63,271 nucleotides of DNA from a virus (taxonomy: Duplodnaviria > Caudoviricetes), in IMG/VR virus record IMGVR_UViG_3300023174_000169, positions 1-63,271 of that record; one strand, written 5' to 3'. Every line of letters begins with the position of its first letter. Positions within the stretch are counted from its first letter, which is position 1. Under the pieces are notes generated by a model, which saw nothing but the letters and a program-made list of their open reading frames with translations, was not told the origin of the DNA and did not search any database. Positions 56,267 to 63,271 of this stretch are shown in pieces. Both the position numbers and the translations under genes were made by a program.

Positions 56267-56756
56267 TTTAGGCAATTTAACTGCCAAATAAGCCCGCACC
56301 GGCGTTGTTACGGTGCCCTTAAAGCTGGATCTCGGATCACAGTCAATGGAATTCCCTACTTGGTAGAGGGGTTGTAAATCAGTATCCTTTACAGGACCAC
56401 GATGGAATATGCCTTTAATCCGTTTGATTTATAAGAAAAAGTTTAAAATAGGCTAAAAGAGGGAGAAACACCCACGGCTTTGTATGTGTTAGCGTATGTA
56501 CAAAGGCCCGCCGTCGTATAAAGACGCAGCTAAAGGTACCGGACGACCGCCTTGGTAATGCTGTAACGCTAATGTGTACTGTGCAACTCGCATAATGTTA
56601 CATATTTTTGCCCGCAAGGGCAAAGTGTGACTGAACAATCTGCATAATATTTAAAATGCTTCGCATTTAATAATACTTCACAACTTAAACATTATCTCTA
56701 AGAAAGAAAAATGCGTTGAGCGGAAGCGAAAACGCAAGCGAGCATTGCTCGCTTTT
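56267..56756 (+). ncRNA. candidate large structured non-coding RNA (unidentified class); origin-type ssDNA structure is the alternative
   Basis: The only long ORF-free gap in the window (522 nt), with about a dozen consecutive hand-identified helices, repeated G.U pairs on the + strand, a 3-way junction (56372-56434) and GNRA loops (GCAA 56614-56617, GGAA 56722-56725). Confidence 0.55.
56736..56756 (+). terminator. possible intrinsic terminator closing the structured region
   Basis: AAGCGAGC-ATT-GCTCGCTT followed by only a short T run. Confidence 0.4.
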
Positions 56757-56760
56757 AAAT

Positions 56761-56768
56761 AATAAATA
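56761..56768 (+). promoter_or_regulatory. late promoter variant AATAAATA
   Basis: 20 nt upstream of ATG 56789. Confidence 0.5.
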
Positions 56769-56788
56769 ACATATACTTCGGATCAAGA

Positions 56789-58252
56789 ATGAAATTAGAT
56801 CATATTCTCAAAGAGCAACAGCTAATAGCAAACAAAAAGATTCTAGCAGAATCGTGTGATGGGCTGACTGCTGAACAAAGACGCATTGTAGAAGGTATCT
56901 ACAATGAATTATCACCTCTTGTAGAAGCCAGTATCAATCCTGCAACAATACAAAAGATATTTGGCAACATTGAGCAAGCGGTAACAGCAGGTGGCGGTAA
57001 TCGCACCATGTTAGGCAAAGGAGTAGATGTTGCCAAACAAGTAGATGCTATGGTCAACAAGGTTGGCGTATGGCTACAGAATACAACTCCAGTTAAAGCA
57101 TTTGATCAAAAGTTTGAACAACTAAAGAACAAGATCAATACCAAGTTCCCAGACAGCAAGATCCTGGATGCCATTTCTGAAATGGGCATGTGGGCCAAAG
57201 AGAATCCTGGAAAGACAGCAGCAATCATTGGTGTACTAACCACACTGGCTGCTCTAGCTGGCGGCCCCGTGGGCGGTGCAATTGCTGGACAAGTGCTACG
57301 TGGCAGTTTAGAATTGCTCAAAGGCGAAAAACTTTCCACAGCCATTGGCAAAGGTATTAAAACAGCAGCCTACGGTTGGCTAACAGGCAAAGCAGTAGAG
57401 CTTGTTGGAGACTTACTTAGCAAGCCAATTGAAATTGTTGCCAGCAAAATAAATCCCAATGTGGTTACAGCAAATTACACTCGAACCATTCAAGAAATCA
57501 ATGGCGAGTTTGGTGATCGCTTTGGCACATTTAAAACAGGATCTCTGTTTGGTCGTCCTGAAGATGTACAAGATGCCAAAACATTCTTTGATGACGCAGT
57601 GGGCGCATGGAAAGCAGGTGACTACAATCAAGCTAGACTAAACTTTGAAGCAATGGATCAAGCCATTGAAAAGATGAGCAGCCTAGAATATCTCACACAA
57701 ATTGGTGCTGAACAGGCCAAAGCAGCCAAGTGGTCAGCAGCCGCAGAGAATGTACAGGCATTTGCACAAGGCATGGCCAAGGCCGCGCAGGGCGCAGTCA
57801 CCGCAGCAGGTGCAATGGAAAAGAAACCCAAGCAAGAAAGTTTTGAAAATAAAACAAGACCTTTAAGTGAAGGGCAGGTTTATCTAGTATTCAACAGAGT
57901 TGAACAGTTGCAAGAAGGTCCAATGGATGCTATCAAGGGTGCAGTGGGCAAGGCAGCAGGATGGGTAAACACCAAAGCAGGTAATCTTACCACACGGGTT
58001 ACCGCAGACAAGTTAAACAGTGCTTGGCAAAAAGCTGGCAGTCCTACGGACAGCACAGAATTGGCAAACTTTTTAAAGGCACAAGGCATTGATGATGCAG
58101 TCACATCACAGGTATTCAAAGCATTGAAGATACCCGCAGGTGGCAGCGCAACATCGTTATACGCACAGGTCAAGGCAGACCTTGCTAAATTAGATAGCAA
58201 AGGCAAAAAACGTCTGGCTGCTTACTTACAAAAACAATTAGGAACCGCTTGA
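56789..58252 (+). CDS. hypothetical protein, probable internal/ejected virion protein with a glycine-zipper hydrophobic segment
   Basis: 487 aa, helical. Hydrophobic stretch 'AAIIGVLTTLAALAGGPVGGAIAGQVL' and several (L/I)-x-E sites near the N-terminus and before the C-terminal module. Confidence 0.7.
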   Translation: MKLDHILKEQQLIANKKILAESCDGLTAEQRRIVEGIYNELSPLVEASINPATIQKIFGNIEQAVTAGGGNRTMLGKGVDVAKQVDAMVNKVGVWLQNTTPVKAFDQKFEQLKNKINTKFPDSKILDAISEMGMWAKENPGKTAAIIGVLTTLAALAGGPVGGAIAGQVLRGSLELLKGEKLSTAIGKGIKTAAYGWLTGKAVELVGDLLSKPIEIVASKINPNVVTANYTRTIQEINGEFGDRFGTFKTGSLFGRPEDVQDAKTFFDDAVGAWKAGDYNQARLNFEAMDQAIEKMSSLEYLTQIGAEQAKAAKWSAAAENVQAFAQGMAKAAQGAVTAAGAMEKKPKQESFENKTRPLSEGQVYLVFNRVEQLQEGPMDAIKGAVGKAAGWVNTKAGNLTTRVTADKLNSAWQKAGSPTDSTELANFLKAQGIDDAVTSQVFKALKIPAGGSATSLYAQVKADLAKLDSKGKKRLAAYLQKQLGTA

Positions 58253-58253
58253 A

Positions 58254-59414
58254 ATGAGAATACAAGACATATTGGTTGAAAGCCAACAACTAGACGAAGG
58301 CCCGTTAGCCAACAAGATTGGCACAGCAATTGGTAAAGGTGTAGGCACACTGGCCAAAGGTGTAGGCGCAGTAGCAGGCGGTGTAGCAGGACTAGGATCA
58401 GCAGTCAAGAAAGGCTTTGCTGCCGGTAAACAAACTGTCGCAGGTGCAGGCGACGATGAAGATCCAGCAGCAGCGCCAGCAGCAGGTGGCGCAGCAGCAC
58501 CATCAGCACCAGGCAGATTAGCCACAGCATTTAAAGCAGGTAATCAATATGCCAAAGGTGCAATGGCAGCAGGTCAAAAGCCAAGCATGGCAGCGGCAGC
58601 AGATGCAGGAGTTGATTCTGCTCCTGCAGCACCGGCAAGAAAGGCAGCGCCGGCAGCAGGTGGAAGTGCTCCGGCCGCTACGCCGGCAGCAGGTGGTGCA
58701 GCACCAGCAGGAGCACCAACAGCTCCGGGAGCAGCTCCTAGCGGAACAATGTATGCTCAGGTAAAAGCTAACATTGACAAGCTAGACAAAAAAGGCAAGC
58801 AAAGAATTTTACAGGCATTACAAAAAGAAGTTGGAGCAGCACCAGCAGCTAAACCAGCAGCAGGTGCACCGGCAGCACCAGGCGCAGCGCCAGCTGCACA
58901 ACCAAACACAATGGCCAATGCTCCTGTTAGCAAAACAAATACAGCAAAGCCAGGTAATCCTAATGCAACAGCAGCGGCCAAACCAGCAGCAGGTGCAAAT
59001 CCAGGCGCGGCAGCATTTGGGCAAATGGCTAAAGATCTAACACAGAAGCCAGAACCACAACAACAAAAAGTACCTCCTAAGAAAGTGGTAGCTAAACCTG
59101 CGGCAGCACCTGCGGCTGAGCCAGCAGCTGAGCCAGCGGCAGCGCCAAGTGGTGAAAAGACTATTGCAAATCCTGTAGCCACAGTTGGCACTAAACGTGC
59201 TTCTAATATTGGCCAGCAGACATTTGACACTCAGACTGGTAAAGCATTACCAGGACAGTCTATCAATGCTATTCGTAAGAAAGCAGAATACGGTACAGGT
59301 GCATTAGGTGCAGCAAGAAAGAGAATTAAAGCAGGCGCAGCAGCGCCCGCTGAAAGCAAAACTAATACTAGACCAGCGTTAGCAGAAGGTTTTAGTTTGT
59401 TTAGAAAGAAGTAA
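58254..59414 (+). CDS. Ala/Pro/Gly-rich low-complexity protein, probable internal virion protein
   Basis: 386 aa, starts 'MRIQDILVESQQLDEGP', with long PAAG/APAA tracts. Confidence 0.7.
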   Translation: MRIQDILVESQQLDEGPLANKIGTAIGKGVGTLAKGVGAVAGGVAGLGSAVKKGFAAGKQTVAGAGDDEDPAAAPAAGGAAAPSAPGRLATAFKAGNQYAKGAMAAGQKPSMAAAADAGVDSAPAAPARKAAPAAGGSAPAATPAAGGAAPAGAPTAPGAAPSGTMYAQVKANIDKLDKKGKQRILQALQKEVGAAPAAKPAAGAPAAPGAAPAAQPNTMANAPVSKTNTAKPGNPNATAAAKPAAGANPGAAAFGQMAKDLTQKPEPQQQKVPPKKVVAKPAAAPAAEPAAEPAAAPSGEKTIANPVATVGTKRASNIGQQTFDTQTGKALPGQSINAIRKKAEYGTGALGAARKRIKAGAAAPAESKTNTRPALAEGFSLFRKK

Positions 59415-59416
59415 TC

Positions 59417-59450
59417 AAAATAAAAGGACTCTTAGGAGTCCTTTTTTATT
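59417..59450. terminator. bidirectional intrinsic terminator
   Basis: AAAAGGACTC-TTAG-GAGTCCTTTT hairpin (59422-59445) with A and T tracts on both sides, between convergent genes. Confidence 0.85.
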
Positions 59451-59676
59451 AGAAGAACGGTAATCCGCTTTTCTTTGTTGTTTCTAAATTGTCTTTGATA
59501 ATCTCTCCAACAATCTGTCTTTCTTCATGACTCAACATTATGGCTTCTTCATATGAGAGCCCACGCATGTACCAACAAATTTTAAGTACATCTTTTTTAA
59601 GCTCCCTAGCCTCTTTTTCTAGTTGTTGAACGTACAGTAAGATCTCCGGCCTTGGGAGATTTAAGACCTTACTGCG
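59449..59676 (-). CDS. unannotated -1-frame extension of the gp26-like gene (T-like / gp51-like segment)
   Basis: 75 open codons, RSKVLNLPRPEILLYVQQLEKEARELKKDVLKICWYMRGLSYEEAIMLSHEERQIVGEIIKDNLETTKKSGLPFF*, fill the gap to the terminator. The first in-frame ATG (59568) lacks a clear SD and would give just 39 aa. Confidence 0.7.
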   Translation of the reverse strand, partial: RSKVLNLPRPEILLYVQQLEKEARELKKDVLKICWYMRGLSYEEAIMLSHEERQIVGEIIKDNLETTKKSGLPFF

Positions 59677-59685
59677 AAAAAATTT
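59634..59685 (-). promoter_or_regulatory. candidate -1 programmed ribosomal frameshift signal (slippery site plus 3' stem-loop)
   Basis: In-frame A-AAU-UUU-UUC (59676-59685), followed by GCAGUAAG...CUUACUGU enclosing AUCUCC/GGAGAU. Confidence 0.68.
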
Positions 59686-60527
59686 GTCTGATCCATTACG
59701 ATGGTAATTTTAAACTCATGCTTACATTCTTCGCAAGCAACAGCTTGAGCTTCTAGATCCAATTGATTTTTCATTGAAGTAACATGTTCGTTGATTTTAT
59801 TGAATACATCAGTTGGTGCATTGTTGATAAAATCTTTGATCATGTTCTGATCTGTAACAATACCGTCTGGGCTTTCAATACTAACGATACATCCTGCAAT
59901 AACATCAATAGTCAATTCAGTAAGTTTGATAAAGCTACTGCCAAATCTTTCTAATTTTTCTTCGTCGCTCATGTCGTCATCGTTGACAATAGAAATGATC
60001 TTTTGCTGTTCCATATTTTTAATTGCGGTCTTGGTAATTTCTTGATAAGAATAAGGACGAATTTTTACCAGCAATGGATCAACATCAACTGCATCAGTAT
60101 ATTGGAACTGATTGCATTTTTCAAGATACTGTAATAAATTTACATCATACATGTTTCTATGATTACAGCTAGGGCAATCACTGTTTACTTCCATGTTTTC
60201 ACCGTAGGTGGCAATACGAATAGCAATAAGAACTGCATCAAGATCAATAGTAGGCATCCTCCAAGGATCTTTGATAGCTGGTACACAGCTTTTGATCAAC
60301 TCTACTGTGGCGGCACCGTTCAATAGTGCATCGGGAGTTTTAAACATCAACTCGTCTTTGGCCGTCATGGCATATACTGGGTACTCATCGTTAGCACTCC
60401 GGTCGATAGCACCGTTAGTATAGAATTTTCCGCCACTAGGCAAACGCATATACAATTTAGGTTGTCTAAAATAATTAGCAAGCGGATTATGCTTTGCTGG
60501 TGTCTGTAACATGGTTTGTTCTGCCAT
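59661..60527 (-). CDS. gp26: baseplate hub assembly protein / tail assembly chaperone, T4 gp26-like
   Basis: 'LPS.G.FY', 'MTAKDE', 'IDLDAVLIAIRIATYGE......CP.C' and C-terminal 'C..C......I.MD..NFF'; divergent from the tape-measure gene. Confidence 0.78.
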   Translation of the reverse strand: MAEQTMLQTPAKHNPLANYFRQPKLYMRLPSGGKFYTNGAIDRSANDEYPVYAMTAKDELMFKTPDALLNGAATVELIKSCVPAIKDPWRMPTIDLDAVLIAIRIATYGENMEVNSDCPSCNHRNMYDVNLLQYLEKCNQFQYTDAVDVDPLLVKIRPYSYQEITKTAIKNMEQQKIISIVNDDDMSDEEKLERFGSSFIKLTELTIDVIAGCIVSIESPDGIVTDQNMIKDFINNAPTDVFNKINEHVTSMKNQLDLEAQAVACEECKHEFKITIVMDQTNFFAVRS

Positions 60528-60537
60528 TTGTACCCCC

Positions 60538-60567
60538 GATAAATAAATGTATGACAGTCTATTTATA
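60538..60567. promoter_or_regulatory. face-to-face late promoters GATAAATA (+, 60538-60545) and TATAAATA (-, 60560-60567)
   Basis: Both motifs lie in the 67-nt gap between divergent genes, each pointing across the other. Confidence 0.6.
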
Positions 60568-60594
60568 TGCGCATTTTTCTGGGATTAAATTATA

Positions 60595-63271
60595 ATGGCA
60601 GAAGTTACAGGTGATATTGGCGGGCAACCGGTCCAATTAAACAATGCAGCCACTGAAGCTACACTAAGACAGCTCTTAGCCGTTATGGCCAAGATGGGTG
60701 CTAAGGGCGGAGGTGCGGGCGGCGATGCAGAACTTCAAAAGCTCTATGAAAAGGTTAAAAAATCCAACAAGGCCTACGACGACGAACTTAAAAAGCGTGA
60801 AAAGGCCGCCAAGAATTTAGATGATCAAATCAAGCGCGAAGAAAAAAAGAAAAAAGCAGACGAAGAAGCAGAAGCAGCAGATGCTAAAAGACAAAAACAA
60901 ATTCAAGCAGGAGCCAACGAGCTTACTAATCTAGGAAAGACTGCTGATAAGTTAGGTCAAGGATTCTTTAGCCTATTAGGTGACCTTTCTAAAATGGGCA
61001 ACGATGTTACCGCAGTAGGGGGCATCTTTGCAAAGATTCCAATTGTTGGTGGACTAGTTTCGTCTGCATTTGGTGCAGTTGCCGGAGCGGCACAATCAAC
61101 ATACAAAGCATTTAATACCGCAGCATCAGTTGGCGCAAACTTTGGCGGCAGCATACAAGAAATGCAACGTACTGTTGCCGGCACAGGACTAACACTTGAT
61201 CAATTTACAGGCATAGTTGCCAAGAACGGAGAGAACCTTGCGCTGTTTGCAGGAAGTACTGCCGAAGGCGCTAAGAGACTATCTAACATGGCTAAGTCAG
61301 TGCGTAACAGTGGACTTGGAGACGACCTTGCTAGACTAGGATATACTACTGAAGATATCAATAATGGATTTGCACGATACAGTGCTATTATGGCTAAGAG
61401 TGGTGCTGACCGTGGCAAGACAGATGCACAGTTAGCAGCCGACACAGGTCAATACTTAAAAAATCTAGATGCTGTTTCAAAACTTACTGGTAAGAGCAAA
61501 GAAGCTTTAGAGAAGGAAGAAGAAGCACGACGCAATGATGCACAGTTTAGAATTGCTGAAATGAAACTCAAAGAAGGTGATAGAAAAAACCTTGACATGT
61601 TTATGAATAGCATGGGAGAAACTGAGAAAGAAGCATTTAAAAACATGCTGGCCACAGGTGCAATGACCGGTGAAGCTGCACAAGAACTTGCAGTTGCTAA
61701 TCCTGCGGCTGCAAAAATATTATTAGATACCGCTATAAGAGCAAGACAAACTGGGGAACTTAGCAGACAATCAGTATTTGATGCGGACAAACAATTAAAT
61801 GTTGCAGCTAAAGCAAATTTAGGTAGTGCAAGACAATCTACATTAGCTGCTAACATGGCAGCAACTCATGGTAAAGCAGTTGTTGGAGATATGGATCGTG
61901 CTCAACGCAAAGCATCTCTTGAAGAAAATGCTATGAAGCAGACTGCCGAACTAGCAGAGCAACAAAAGAAAGCCAAAGACGGATTAGATCCGGCCGGTAT
62001 GAAAGCCAACATGGAAAAGCTAGCTGATGTATCAAATAAATTTATGGCAGCATTGGCTAACAGTGGTATCATGGAACAGTTGTTGGATATTTTTAACAAC
62101 GGTATGGAAACAATGACTCCTATACTATTAGATGCTCTAGATACTATTGCTGCTGGTATTTCATTTGTTAGTGAAAACTTTGGCGCTATTTCAACTATAC
62201 TAACTATTGGTGCAGGATTATATCTAGCATACAACGCTGTGGTTGCCGCAGCAACTCTGGCCACATCGTTACAGGCATTAGGAATAACAGCAATGTTGCC
62301 GGCGTTGGCAGGTATGGCAGGAGCAGTATGGGCAGTGATAAGTCCACTGATTCCGTTTGCAGTAGCAGCCGCGGCACTAGTATATGCATTTAAGAAAATG
62401 TATGATTCAGGTTGGACATTTGGTTCAGCTATTCAAGCAGTAGCAGATAATCTAAAAGGCTTTTGGCTGACATTAAAAGATTTAATGAACAGCATGTTGA
62501 GTTTATTACCAAGTTGGGCAGGCGGTATTAGTAAATCAGAAGCAGAAAGAAGAAAAGCAGTAAATGACGACGAAAGAAAAACACTTGAAGCTAATGAAAA
62601 AGCACGTGATGCTACAAGAGCAGGAGTGGCTGCCGAACGTGCAGATGCAACAGCAGCCACTAAAACAGAAACACAAACTCGTGGTGAACGTTGGAAAGCT
62701 GAACGTGCTAACACCAAAGCAACAGCAGAAAATACCAAAGCCAAAGAAGACGAAAAGAAAGCCGCAGATGCTGTAGTTGAGTCTAACAAAAACTTAGACG
62801 GTACTAATCCTGTAGAAACATTTAAAGATTTCCGCAAGAGAATGTTAGGTGAGAAAGGTGCAGAGGAACGCAAGACTATGGCTCCTGCAACTCCAGCAGG
62901 TGCTGCACCACCAGTAAGCCAAGACGCTGCAAAAAATCTTGACATGGTCGAAGCAGCTCTGAAGAAACAGGGCATTACTGATCCTAAGTACATTGCTGCC
63001 GTAAAAGGCAACATCATGAAAGAGTCTGGTGGCAAAGCAGTTTCTGAGAACATGAATTATGCTAACACTAGTAATGATAGAATTAAATCAATCTTTGGAT
63101 CAAGAGCCACTGGCAAATCAGATGCAGAACTAGATGCAATCAAAAAAGATCCTCAACAGATGGGCGAAATGATGTATGGCTCAAATACAAAAATGGGCAA
63201 GTCATTAGGCAACAACGAGCCAGGTGACGGATTCAAATACCGTGGTCGTGGATTTATTCAGCTTACTAGAT
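60595..63271 (+). CDS. tape-measure-like protein with GH19 (chitinase-class lysozyme) domain; 3'-truncated by the window edge
   Basis: Missing from the ORF track because it has no stop in the window. Starts MAEVTGDIGGQPVQLNNAATEATL, is Ala-rich and helical with a hydrophobic stretch near 62180-62390, and ends 'KESGG...ENMNY...LGNNEPGDGFKYRGRGFIQLT', a GH19 signature. Confidence 0.85.
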   Translation, partial: MAEVTGDIGGQPVQLNNAATEATLRQLLAVMAKMGAKGGGAGGDAELQKLYEKVKKSNKAYDDELKKREKAAKNLDDQIKREEKKKKADEEAEAADAKRQKQIQAGANELTNLGKTADKLGQGFFSLLGDLSKMGNDVTAVGGIFAKIPIVGGLVSSAFGAVAGAAQSTYKAFNTAASVGANFGGSIQEMQRTVAGTGLTLDQFTGIVAKNGENLALFAGSTAEGAKRLSNMAKSVRNSGLGDDLARLGYTTEDINNGFARYSAIMAKSGADRGKTDAQLAADTGQYLKNLDAVSKLTGKSKEALEKEEEARRNDAQFRIAEMKLKEGDRKNLDMFMNSMGETEKEAFKNMLATGAMTGEAAQELAVANPAAAKILLDTAIRARQTGELSRQSVFDADKQLNVAAKANLGSARQSTLAANMAATHGKAVVGDMDRAQRKASLEENAMKQTAELAEQQKKAKDGLDPAGMKANMEKLADVSNKFMAALANSGIMEQLLDIFNNGMETMTPILLDALDTIAAGISFVSENFGAISTILTIGAGLYLAYNAVVAAATLATSLQALGITAMLPALAGMAGAVWAVISPLIPFAVAAAALVYAFKKMYDSGWTFGSAIQAVADNLKGFWLTLKDLMNSMLSLLPSWAGGISKSEAERRKAVNDDERKTLEANEKARDATRAGVAAERADATAATKTETQTRGERWKAERANTKATAENTKAKEDEKKAADAVVESNKNLDGTNPVETFKDFRKRMLGEKGAEERKTMAPATPAGAAPPVSQDAAKNLDMVEAALKKQGITDPKYIAAVKGNIMKESGGKAVSENMNYANTSNDRIKSIFGSRATGKSDAELDAIKKDPQQMGEMMYGSNTKMGKSLGNNEPGDGFKYRGRGFIQLTR

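Noticed and set aside
56578-56596. LexA/SOS box beginning CTGT
   Set aside because: The required CAG half-site at the canonical spacing is absent.
56267-56756. Group I/II intron, tmRNA, RNase P RNA or tRNA cluster
   Set aside because: I could not find group I P7-type core sequences, a group II domain V, tmRNA/tRNA acceptor ends or T-loops, and no flanking gene appears split. This is rejected by eye only; an Infernal scan is still needed.
58440-59150. GCA/CCAGCAGCA-rich tract as a DNA-level repeat element
   Set aside because: It is explained by Ala/Pro/Gly low-complexity coding sequence and has no fixed period.
1-63271. Stop-codon reassignment, as seen in some large phages
   Set aside because: Genes are full length in the standard code, and TAA, TGA and TAG (for example at 7942 and 15983) all end genes at sensible junctions.

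Overview
The window is a gene-dense, AT-rich segment of a large T4-like (Tevenvirinae-distant) tailed myophage genome read in the standard genetic code. I saw no tRNA, rRNA, CRISPR array, integrase or transposase. Layout: (1) 58-5441 (+): AbrB-like gene, QueE-type radical SAM enzyme, T4 RNase H-like 5'-3' exonuclease and small hypotheticals. (2) 5436-18020 (-): a tightly coupled cluster behind a perfect T4 late promoter, with four glycosyltransferase-like genes, four N-terminal-twitch radical SAM enzymes and an SGNH protein. (3) 18079-51848 (-): tail-fibre and baseplate module, including four fibres with a shared N-terminal anchor, a 4567-aa wedge protein, and gp6, gp25, gp5/VgrG-like, gp27-like, gp53 and gp54-like genes. 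(4) 51923-56266 (+): gp55 late sigma factor, gp47/gp46 nuclease and a small GIY-YIG nuclease, followed by about 490 nt of densely structured non-coding sequence. (5) Two Ala-rich probable internal virion proteins, a gp26-like chaperone with a candidate -1 programmed frameshift, and a tape-measure protein with a GH19 domain that runs off the right edge. The strongest leads are the structured RNA-like element coupled to the GIY-YIG gene, the late glycosyltransferase/radical-SAM cluster beside the tail fibres (candidate virion glycosylation system), the G/GT-type frameshift in the gp26-like gene, and a T4-style hairpin that masks a start codon at 3282-3314. All family calls come from reading motifs by eye; no database search or folding program was run.
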